From contig JALELZ010000029.1 of the NCBI GenBank assembly GCA_022768465.1, positions 745 through 64,744 of the forward strand: a stretch of 64,000 bases of DNA. The letters run 5' to 3'. The notes under the pieces are model-generated. The model had not been told where the DNA came from, made no database searches, and saw nothing but the letters and a program-made list of their open reading frames with translations. The DNA comes from Lachnospiraceae bacterium. Lineage in GTDB: Bacteria; Bacillota; Clostridia; Lachnospirales; Lachnospiraceae. The translations under genes were made by a program, and so were the position numbers. Below are positions 36,077 to 44,059 of the stretch, piece after piece; position 1 is the stretch's first letter; the number at the start of each line of letters is the position of its first letter.

Positions 36077-38098
36077 TTACATTTTCTTTTCATCAGTTGC
36101 TGCTTCGTCTGCTGCCTCTGCTTTCGAACTGTTTGCAGCATTTGCTGCCTCTTCAAGACTCTTCCTGGTCGGTTTTCTCCAGCTTACAAAATCACAGTCC
36201 TGATTCTCGCAGGCATAGAACAGTCTTCCCTTCTTTGTACGGCGCTTAACTATCTCGGCACCGCATTTAGGGCACTGCATTCCTATCTTTTCAAGCAGAG
36301 GCTTGGTATTCCTGCACTCAGGGAATCCCGGACAGGCAAGGAATTTACCGTGCGGGCCGTATTTAATAACCATGTTTCTGCCGCATTTATCGCATATAAC
36401 ATCGGTCACCTGATCCGCAACCTTTATGCGTCCTAAGTTTTCTCTTGCCGACTTTATTGAGCTTTCAAGATCCGGATAAAAGTCTCCGACTGCCTTCTTC
36501 CAGTTCAGCTGTCCTTCTGCGACCTTGTCAAGCTCTGATTCCATTTTAGCTGTAAATCCGGTATCCACAATATTCGGGAATGCTGTCACCATGAGTTCAT
36601 TTACAGCTATTCCTAACTCTGTCACATAGAGATTCTTTTTCTCCTTTGTAACATAGTTTCTCGCAAGCAGTGTTGTGATTGTAGGCGCATAGGTGGAAGG
36701 TCTTCCGATCCCGTCCTCCTCAAGCGCTCTTACCAGCGACGCTTCGGTATAATGCGCCGGCGGCTCTGTGAAATGCTGAATATCCTCAACACTTGCAAAC
36801 ACTACATCGTCTCCCTTTTTAAGGAAGTCTAGATCCTGCTTGTTCTCATCCTCTTCGGAATCACTCTTATATACGCTTAAAAATCCGTCGAATTTCTTCT
36901 TTGATCCTGCAGCTGTAAATGTATGAGTTCCGCACTCAAGTCTTACTCTCGTCTGTGCATAGACTGCAGGAGTCATACGGCTTGCAACAAATCTTTTCCA
37001 TATAAGCTGATAAAGTCTGAATTCATCTCTTCCAAGCTTATCCTTAAGAGAAGCCGGAGTATTCTCGATGTGTGTAGGTCTGATAGCCTCGTGTGCATCC
37101 TGCACATTGCTTCCGGCCTTACCTGAGGCCTGACGGTGAGAAACATAGGCCTCTCCGTAATTTTCATAAATATAGCCCTTTGCAGCTGCCACAGCCTCAT
37201 CGCTTACACGGATAGAGTCTGTTCGAAGATAAGTGATATGTCCTTCTTCATAGAGCTTCTGAGCAACTCTCATAGTCTGCTGTGTGGAAAGATTAAGAAG
37301 CTTTGATGCTTCCTGCTGCATGGTTGATGTGGTAAAAGGCCATGGAGCATTTTTTTGTCTGTCAGAATCTGTAACCTCTGCAACTAAAACAGTCTTATCC
37401 TGAACATCATTAACTATAGCCTCTGCCGAAGCTGCATCCTCAAGAGCTGTCTTTTTGCCGTTTTCTCCGTAGTAGCTTGCCTTTACACGCTTTGCACCGT
37501 TCTTTATCGATGCCTCTACTGTATGATATTCCTTCGGTATAAATGCATTGATCTCTGCATCTCTGTCACAGACCATGCGAAGAGCAACGGACTGAACGCG
37601 TCCTGCTGAAAGGCCTCTCTTTATCTTTTCCCAGAGTATCGGGCTTATTGAATAACCGACTATTCTGTCCATTACTCTTCTGCCCTGCTGGGCATCCACA
37701 AGATTCATATTTATGTCTCTTGGGTTCTTAAGGGCCTTTGTTACTGCGTCCTTGGTTATCTCGTTAAAGGTGATCCTTGCCGCTTTATTGGTGCCTTCAA
37801 GTCCGAGTGCCGTCTTAAGGTGCCAGCTTATAGCCTCTCCCTCTCTATCCGGGTCAGTTGCAAGATAGACCTTGTCTGCCTTTGAGGCTTCCTTCTTTAA
37901 GGATGCGATCAGATCTCCATTTCCTCTTATAGTAATGTATTTAGGCTCGAAATCATGTTCAATGTCTATTCCCATCGAAGATTTCGGAAGATCTCTAATG
38001 TGACCCATCGACGCGTCCACGGTATAGTTGCTTCCGAGGAATTTTTTGATAGTTTTCATTTTAGCCGGTGACTCGACTATGACCAGATTTTTTGCCAT
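36077..38098 (-). CDS. topA: DNA topoisomerase I
   Basis: Toprim MAKNLVIVESPAKMKTI, DPDREGEAI, active-site ITYLRTDS, C-terminal Zn-ribbon repeats (CDKCG...CPKCG). Confidence 0.97.
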   Translation of the reverse strand: MAKNLVIVESPAKMKTIKKFLGSNYTVDASMGHIRDLPKSSMGIDIEHDFEPKYITIRGNGDLIASLKKEASKADKVYLATDPDREGEAISWHLKTALGLEGTNKAARITFNEITKDAVTKALKNPRDINMNLVDAQQGRRVMDRIVGYSISPILWEKIKRGLSAGRVQSVALRMVCDRDAEINAFIPKEYHTVEASIKNGAKRVKASYYGENGKKTALEDAASAEAIVNDVQDKTVLVAEVTDSDRQKNAPWPFTTSTMQQEASKLLNLSTQQTMRVAQKLYEEGHITYLRTDSIRVSDEAVAAAKGYIYENYGEAYVSHRQASGKAGSNVQDAHEAIRPTHIENTPASLKDKLGRDEFRLYQLIWKRFVASRMTPAVYAQTRVRLECGTHTFTAAGSKKKFDGFLSVYKSDSEEDENKQDLDFLKKGDDVVFASVEDIQHFTEPPAHYTEASLVRALEEDGIGRPSTYAPTITTLLARNYVTKEKKNLYVTELGIAVNELMVTAFPNIVDTGFTAKMESELDKVAEGQLNWKKAVGDFYPDLESSIKSARENLGRIKVADQVTDVICDKCGRNMVIKYGPHGKFLACPGFPECRNTKPLLEKIGMQCPKCGAEIVKRRTKKGRLFYACENQDCDFVSWRKPTRKSLEEAANAANSSKAEAADEAATDEKKM

Positions 38099-38388
38099 TA
38101 TATGCGCTACTCCTAATATAACCTCATGTAAGGTATTCTATCTAATCTGATATAACTGTATTTTATAAAAAACAGTATCAGATATAAACTTTATCAATAT
38201 CCGATTGAATTTATCGAGAATTTACAGTAAAACTAATTACTATAAATATTCGATGATGTCAATTGTTTTAATTTTGTATTTTATGTACAATCAGCATTTT
38301 TTATACTGATTTCATCAATATATAAGACATTTTCTGCCTTTTTAGTATGAACGGACAGTGGCATTATCATTGCAGAGGAGTTTTTAAA

Positions 38389-39432
38389 ATGCAGGAAAAG
38401 AATATCACATTTCACAGAAAGCTTATAGTTCCTAAAGAACTTAAGGAAATGTTCCCGCTCACCGAGGACCTCGAAAAAATAAAGTCCGAAAGAGACGAGA
38501 TCATTAAAAATATAATTACCGGAAACGATAACAGAATGCTCCTTCTTATAGGTCCGTGTTCTGCAGATCGTGAAGATGCCGTACTTGATTATATTACCAG
38601 ACTTATCAGGGTTCAGGAAAAGGTTAAGGACAGGATCTTCATAATCCCAAGAGTTTATACTAATAAGCCTCGTACAGTCGGAAAGGGCTACAAGGGAATA
38701 CTTCATCAGCCTGATCCTGAAAAGGCACCTGATCTTCTTAAGGGTATTATTACAATACGTGAAATGAATATCCGCATCATTAAGGAAACAGGCTTTACCT
38801 GTGCCGATGAGCTTCTTTATCCTGAGGCATATCGTTTTAATTCTGATCTTCTTTCCTATATTGCTATAGGTGCACGCAGCGTTGAGGATCAGGAGCACCG
38901 ACTTCTTTCCTCCGGACTTGACATTCCTGTAGGTATGAAGAACCCTACAAGTGGTAATCTTAATGTAATGCTTAACTCAGTAACTGCTGCACAGTCTGAG
39001 CAGAACTTCATTTACAGAAACTGGGAGGTCTCAACAAAGGGCAATCCGCTTGCTCATACAATATTAAGAGGCTATGAGAACCAGAGCGGTCACACCTTCC
39101 CTAACTATCACTATGAAACTCTTCAGGAGCTTTTAGAGCTTTACGGAAAGCGCGACCTCCAAAACCCTGCTGTCATCATTGACTGCAACCATGCAAATTC
39201 AGGCAAGAAATATCTTGAGCAGATAAGGATAAGCAAGGATATCCTTCACAGCTGTAAGCAGAACAACGATATCCGAAATCTTATTAAGGGTCTCATGATT
39301 GAAAGCTACATTGAAGACGGCAATCAGAAGGAGACCGAACACTGCTACGGAAAATCCATTACAGATGCCTGCATCGGCTGGGAAAAGACCGAAAAGCTTA
39401 TCTATGAGCTTGCCGATGAATGGAAGGTCTGA
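38389..39432 (+). CDS. 3-deoxy-7-phosphoheptulose (DAHP) synthase, class I
   Basis: Start at ATG 38389 with a GAGGAG SD. LLLIGPCSADRED, KPRT..GYKG, IDCNHANSGK. Confidence 0.88.
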   Translation: MQEKNITFHRKLIVPKELKEMFPLTEDLEKIKSERDEIIKNIITGNDNRMLLLIGPCSADREDAVLDYITRLIRVQEKVKDRIFIIPRVYTNKPRTVGKGYKGILHQPDPEKAPDLLKGIITIREMNIRIIKETGFTCADELLYPEAYRFNSDLLSYIAIGARSVEDQEHRLLSSGLDIPVGMKNPTSGNLNVMLNSVTAAQSEQNFIYRNWEVSTKGNPLAHTILRGYENQSGHTFPNYHYETLQELLELYGKRDLQNPAVIIDCNHANSGKKYLEQIRISKDILHSCKQNNDIRNLIKGLMIESYIEDGNQKETEHCYGKSITDACIGWEKTEKLIYELADEWKV

Positions 39433-39458
39433 TCAACTAATTGCATAAAAGGCACTAT

Positions 39459-39560
39459 AAAAGTGCGGTCATCTCTATAATGAACTGAAGCTTACTGCAT
39501 TATCTTTTCTGCAGCAAATGTATTCTGTCATCACGAGATAGACCGCACTTTATTTTATTT
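39459..39560. terminator. Long-range stem between convergent genes (bidirectional terminator candidate)
   Basis: AAAGTGCGGTC(A)TCTC ... GAGATAGACCGCACTTT with T-rich flanks (TTTATTTTATTT on the plus strand). Confidence 0.55.
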
Positions 39561-39571
39561 AAAATTCTGCA

Positions 39572-40903
39572 TTAATACTTTCCAAGGCTTCCGGCATCCT
39601 TTGGCTCCTCGGCAAACTTTACGTCGCCGTCAGGAAGAATAGCATTAAGTATGATTCCTACAAGAGAAGCAACTGCAAGTCCTGTAAGACCGATAGTGAT
39701 CTCTCCTGCCTGAATTGTAATAGCCTCTCCCGGCATACCGTACTTGATACCTATTGAAAGAACAAGGATAAGTGCCGCTACTATGACATTTCTTGTCTTT
39801 GCAAAGTCAACCTGATTTTCAACTACGTTTCTTACACCGATAGCTGAGATCATTCCGTAAAGGATCATTGATACTCCGCCTATGGTTGCTGCAGGCATTG
39901 CCTTAATAAGCTCTGAGAACTTAGGGCAGAAGGAAATGATTATTGCATAGATAGCTGCAAGTCTGAGAACTCTTGGATCATATACCTTTGTAAGAGCTAA
40001 AACTCCGGTATTCTCGCCGTATGTTGTATTGGCAGGAGCACCGAAAAGTGAAGCGATAGCTGTTCCGATTCCGTCTCCGATAAGCGTTCTGTGAAGCCCC
40101 GGATCCTTGATAAAGTTCTGACCTACTGTAGAACCGATAGCAGAGATATCACCGATATGCTCCATCATTGTTGCTATAGCGATAGGCATTATAGTGATAG
40201 CTGATGTAAGAAGCATTCCCTTATCAGCATTGCCCTCTGTGAATATTGAAAATACTGTGTTGTGATAGCTGAAAGGCATTCCGATCCATGCAGCATCTTT
40301 TACTCCTGTAAAATCTACATTACCTGTAACAGCCGCAACTACATAAGAAGTAACCACACCGATAAGTATAGGTATGATCTTTATCATTCCCTTACCCCAG
40401 ATATTGCAGACAATTACAACAGCTATAGCTACAAGTGCTATGAACCAGTTTGTTGTGCAGTTCTGAATGGCTGAAGATGAAAGTGTAAGTCCGATGCTTA
40501 TAATTATAGGTCCTGTTACTACAGGCGGGAAGAATCTCATGACCTTCTTTGAACCGTATGCCTTGCAGAATGCCGCAAGGATCAGATAGAGAAGTCCTGA
40601 GCAGGCAACGCCGAAGCATGCATAGCGCAGAAGCTCCGGATTACCGTCCGGTGCGATTGCGAAATATCCGCCTAAAAATGCAAATGATGATCCTAAAAAT
40701 ACCGGAACCTTTCTCTTTGTTACAAAATGACAGAACAATGTTGCAAGTCCGGCAAAAAGCAGTGTAGCCGATACACTTAATCCTGTGAGTGTAGGTACAA
40801 GCACGGTTGCTCCGAACATTGCAAACATATGCTGAAGTCCGAGTGTGAGCATCTTCGGTGTGCCGAGCTCTCTCGCGTCTCTTATAACTCCGTCATTACC
40901 CAT
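39572..40903 (-). CDS. uraA: Uracil/xanthine permease (NCS2 family)
   Basis: Start at ATG 40903 with a GGGAGG SD. LTLGLQHMFAMFGATVLVP, ...NTTYGENTGVLALT... NCS2 signature. Confidence 0.88.
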   Translation of the reverse strand: MGNDGVIRDARELGTPKMLTLGLQHMFAMFGATVLVPTLTGLSVSATLLFAGLATLFCHFVTKRKVPVFLGSSFAFLGGYFAIAPDGNPELLRYACFGVACSGLLYLILAAFCKAYGSKKVMRFFPPVVTGPIIISIGLTLSSSAIQNCTTNWFIALVAIAVVIVCNIWGKGMIKIIPILIGVVTSYVVAAVTGNVDFTGVKDAAWIGMPFSYHNTVFSIFTEGNADKGMLLTSAITIMPIAIATMMEHIGDISAIGSTVGQNFIKDPGLHRTLIGDGIGTAIASLFGAPANTTYGENTGVLALTKVYDPRVLRLAAIYAIIISFCPKFSELIKAMPAATIGGVSMILYGMISAIGVRNVVENQVDFAKTRNVIVAALILVLSIGIKYGMPGEAITIQAGEITIGLTGLAVASLVGIILNAILPDGDVKFAEEPKDAGSLGKY

Positions 40904-40961
40904 TTTAAACCTCCCAAAACAATAAATAAATCTGATTTTCAGATCCATGTTCTTATATCTA

Positions 40962-41000
40962 TGCACAAAGAAAAAGGTAACTGCTTATGCAATTACCTTT
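40962..41000 (-). terminator. Intrinsic terminator/attenuator in the uracil permease leader
   Basis: AAAGGTAATTGC ataa GCAGTTACCTTT (12 bp, one G-U pair) followed by TTCTTTGTG on the minus strand. Confidence 0.75.
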
Positions 41001-41094
41001 AAATATAATAAACACTAAACCCGAAATCAAAAAATACAGCTAGTGTAACCGTCTTATTATCACAATATGAACTTATATGTGAACTAAAATTCAT
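40999..41094 (-). CDS. Candidate 31-codon leader ORF or small protein
   Basis: AGGAGG-9 nt-ATG. MNFSSHISSYCDNKTVTLAVFFDFGFSVYYI. The UAA stop overlaps the first base of the terminator stem. The ORF is too short to assess statistically. Confidence 0.35.
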   Translation of the reverse strand: MNFSSHISSYCDNKTVTLAVFFDFGFSVYYI

Positions 41095-41126
41095 CAAACG
41101 ATTCCTCCTGCTGATATTCGCGTTAT

Positions 41127-41155
41127 ACTATATCAAGCTTCAGGAATATTTGCAA
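41127..41155 (-). promoter_or_regulatory. Sigma-A-type promoter driving the leader ORF and uracil permease
   Basis: TTGCAA-17 nt-TATAGT, beginning 10 nt after the amidase stop. Confidence 0.6.
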
Positions 41156-41165
41156 GCGCTTTGTA

Positions 41166-42326
41166 TTAAAATCCAAAATAAGAATTGATGCCGGTCATCA
41201 GTCCGTCTGCTTCATTTTTAAGGACACTGTCAGAATGATCCGAACACTGGTTTCCAAGCTCTATATCCACTGAAGGTATAGTGCTGAAGGACGTCTGTGT
41301 AAGGTCAGTGTCAAGCGGATTGGAGCCCCATATCTTTATGCCCTGTCCCTTTAAGCCCTCTATAAGAGAAGCTCCGAGTGCCTCGTGCTGCTGCCAATAT
41401 GTGCTGACCGGCTCCATTTTCTTAAGTCCGTCCGGCACAGACATAAAGAATACTCCTTTTATTTTATCAAGTCCGTCACCGTCCCAGTGCAATGCAATAT
41501 GAATATCTGCTGTATTGTTGGCAATAACTGTTCTTGCAACATTGTCAAGCTGGACATCCTCACAGTCTCTTATCATTAGCACATCATATCCTGCCGAAAT
41601 AAGCTTATCCTTAAGGATCTGAGCCATTCTTAAAGTCACTGCCGCCTCCGGGGTGCCGTCCTTAAAGGTCATGCCTGATGACACTGCAACTGCTGTGACT
41701 GCACCCTTTGCAGTGGTTCCTCCGGTAACCTTAGGTGATTTATCCGGATGACAATATGTCTTTACACTGTTGCCGCCCTTTGTTCCGTGTCCGGCATTAA
41801 CGGCAACCACCTTATTCCTGCGGTTTGACTTGGCAGTATACATTACTGCCTTTCCTGAATTAATGGCAGAAAAGTCAGCATATTTCCATGCCTGATCAAG
41901 TCCTATCAAGTCTCCGTCTTTATATCTGTTTTTTGTAGTTATGCTGCCATTTGAAGACTTATTATCTTCCGTATTAGATTTGTTATTTGATACATCCTTA
42001 GCTTCAGTCTTTGATGCAGTGCCGGCCTGAGATTCAGGCTCTGACTTTGCAGTGGTATTTGATGCTTCGGTTTTCGGCTGTGCCTTGGTCTTTTGGTTAA
42101 GCTTTTCGGCGGACTGTGAGCCAGTCTCTGCAGCTTGCTCTCCCGGCTTAACTCCGACTACTATTGAAAAGTCGTCATTAGCTGAGCCAGGCCCCTTCTG
42201 CGCTTTTGTTTCAAAGGTATAAATTGTATTGGTTGCTGCATTCGCAGTGATCTGTCCTCTTACTGCAAATGCCAGACCGAGCGTAAGTACTGCGCTTCCT
42301 GCCCCTATTAGAAATTTCTTATACAT
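41166..42326 (-). CDS. Secreted N-acetylmuramoyl-L-alanine amidase (Amidase_3-like)
   Basis: Signal peptide MYKKFLIGAGSAVLTLGLAFA, low-complexity linker, VVAVNAGHGTKGG...IHIALHWDG. Confidence 0.8.
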   Translation of the reverse strand: MYKKFLIGAGSAVLTLGLAFAVRGQITANAATNTIYTFETKAQKGPGSANDDFSIVVGVKPGEQAAETGSQSAEKLNQKTKAQPKTEASNTTAKSEPESQAGTASKTEAKDVSNNKSNTEDNKSSNGSITTKNRYKDGDLIGLDQAWKYADFSAINSGKAVMYTAKSNRRNKVVAVNAGHGTKGGNSVKTYCHPDKSPKVTGGTTAKGAVTAVAVSSGMTFKDGTPEAAVTLRMAQILKDKLISAGYDVLMIRDCEDVQLDNVARTVIANNTADIHIALHWDGDGLDKIKGVFFMSVPDGLKKMEPVSTYWQQHEALGASLIEGLKGQGIKIWGSNPLDTDLTQTSFSTIPSVDIELGNQCSDHSDSVLKNEADGLMTGINSYFGF

Positions 42327-42363
42327 TTTCTCTCCTGTGATGCTTCATCACTTATCAAACTAT

Positions 42364-43191
42364 TCAGTGACCCAATAATGTAAACCATATAAGTACAATT
42401 ATTCCGAGTACTATACGATAATATCCGAACAGCTTGAAATCATGCTTTCTGATGTATTTCATAAGGAAGCTTATTGTAAGCACCGCTACCAAAAAGGCTA
42501 CCGCCATTCCGAAAAGCAGTATAAACACCTGCGCACCTGTAAATGCTAAGCCGTGCTTTACTATTTTCAAAAGGCTTGCTCCGAACATTACCGGAATACC
42601 TAAGAAGAATGAAAATTCAGCCGCTACAGCTCTTGAACAGCCAAGCAGCATGGCACCGAGTATAGTCGCTCCGGATCTGGAGGTTCCCGGTATCAGTGAA
42701 AGGCATTGGAAAGCACCTATCAATGCCGCCGTTTTATAGCTCACTCTTGATATCTTATTGATCGGGAAGCTTTTTTGTTTATTAGCAGTCTCTAAAACGA
42801 TAAAGAAAATACCATAAATAATAAGTGTTGCTGCTATAACTGTCGGCGTACTGAGATGTGCATCGATTATGTCATCCAAAGGAAGTCCTGCAACTGCTGC
42901 AGGGATACATGCAATTATAATTTTGAACCAGAGTACCCATGTGCCTTGTTTCTGCGCCGCAGTTTTCTTAGGTGAAAAAGGCCAGAGCTTATCCCAGTAT
43001 AAAAGTACTACTGCAAGTATTGCTCCAAGCTGTATTACAACCTTGAAAACATTCCAGAAATCCTCAGGCTGATTCAGATGGATGAGGTTTTCCACTAAAA
43101 TCAGATGTCCTGTCGATGAAATAGGCAGCCATTCCGTGAAGCCCTCAACAATGCCGAATACTATAACCTTTAATATTTCAATAAAACCCAT
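42364..43191 (-). CDS. uppP: Undecaprenyl-diphosphate phosphatase
   Basis: GIVEGFTEWLPISSTGHLIL, PGTSRSGATI. Confidence 0.95.
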   Translation of the reverse strand: MGFIEILKVIVFGIVEGFTEWLPISSTGHLILVENLIHLNQPEDFWNVFKVVIQLGAILAVVLLYWDKLWPFSPKKTAAQKQGTWVLWFKIIIACIPAAVAGLPLDDIIDAHLSTPTVIAATLIIYGIFFIVLETANKQKSFPINKISRVSYKTAALIGAFQCLSLIPGTSRSGATILGAMLLGCSRAVAAEFSFFLGIPVMFGASLLKIVKHGLAFTGAQVFILLFGMAVAFLVAVLTISFLMKYIRKHDFKLFGYYRIVLGIIVLIWFTLLGH

Positions 43192-43228
43192 TACTCAAAA
43201 ACTCCTTGATAAAACGCATAATGCGCCT

Positions 43229-43984
43229 TTAATTCATATTTCCTATATCCGGGATCTGCCAGTTTATCGGACGAATTCCGTTTGCTGTAAGGAACTCATT
43301 GCATTTAACAAAATGTCCGCAGCCAAAGAAGCCTCTTGATGCAGAAAGCGGACTTGGATGAGGTGCCTTCAATATAAGATGCTTCGGATTATCAAGCATT
43401 GCTGCTTTCTCTCCAGCAGGCTTTCCCCACAGCATGAACACGATAGGTCTGTCGACGGTATTTAAAGCTTTTATAGCAGCGTCAGTAAACTGCTCCCAGC
43501 CGATGCCTCTGTGTGAAAATGCCTGATGTGCTCTAACTGTAAGCACTGTATTTAAAAGCAGAACTCCCTGTTTTGCCCAAGGCACAAGACTGCCGTTATC
43601 AGGTATCTTTAAACCAAGCTCTGCATTAAGCTCTTTATAAATATTTACAAGTGACGGCGGTATCCCTATGCCGGGCTTAACAGAAAAGCAAAGTCCTTCT
43701 GCCTGTCCGTCTCCGTGATAAGGATCCTGACCCAGTATTACGACCTTGACCTCAGAAAAAGGTGTGAGCTCAAATGCTCTGAATAGTTCATTTGCTGCAG
43801 GAAAGACCTGACAATGCTCATATTCATCCTTGACCTTGTAGTAAAGATCTCTGTAATAAGGCTTTTTAAACTCGGGAGCTAATGGCTCCTTCCAATCGTT
43901 TGTTATCAAGTTGTCCCCCTGCTTCGCACTCTCGCACCCCGTAATCATCCATTCGCAAATCGCGCTTCGCGCTTTTTTGCTCAT
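43229..43984 (-). CDS. ung: Uracil-DNA glycosylase (start uncertain; roughly 25-aa N-terminal extension if 43984 is used)
   Basis: VVILGQDPYHGDGQAEGLCFSV, HPSPLSASRGFFGC. Confidence 0.92.
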   Translation of the reverse strand: MSKKARSAICEWMITGCESAKQGDNLITNDWKEPLAPEFKKPYYRDLYYKVKDEYEHCQVFPAANELFRAFELTPFSEVKVVILGQDPYHGDGQAEGLCFSVKPGIGIPPSLVNIYKELNAELGLKIPDNGSLVPWAKQGVLLLNTVLTVRAHQAFSHRGIGWEQFTDAAIKALNTVDRPIVFMLWGKPAGEKAAMLDNPKHLILKAPHPSPLSASRGFFGCGHFVKCNEFLTANGIRPINWQIPDIGNMN

Positions 43985-43999
43985 GTCTGTTTACTCGTC

Positions 44000-44049
44000 T
44001 GAACAGAATATGACTTTATCTGCAAGCAGCTAAAGCCATATTCTGTTCA
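44000..44049 (-). other. Long near-perfect hairpin between addA and ung with no U-tract
   Basis: TGAACAGAATATG/CATATTCTGTTCA (13 bp) plus inner CTTTA/TAAAG and CTGC/GCAG. Confidence 0.6.
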
Positions 44050-44059
44050 TCCGAGATTA

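Noticed and set aside
40904-41165. PyrR-binding loop upstream of the uracil permease
   Set aside because: No ARUCCAGAGAGGYU-like sequence is present on the transcribed strand. This absence is part of the reason for proposing the leader-ORF attenuator instead.
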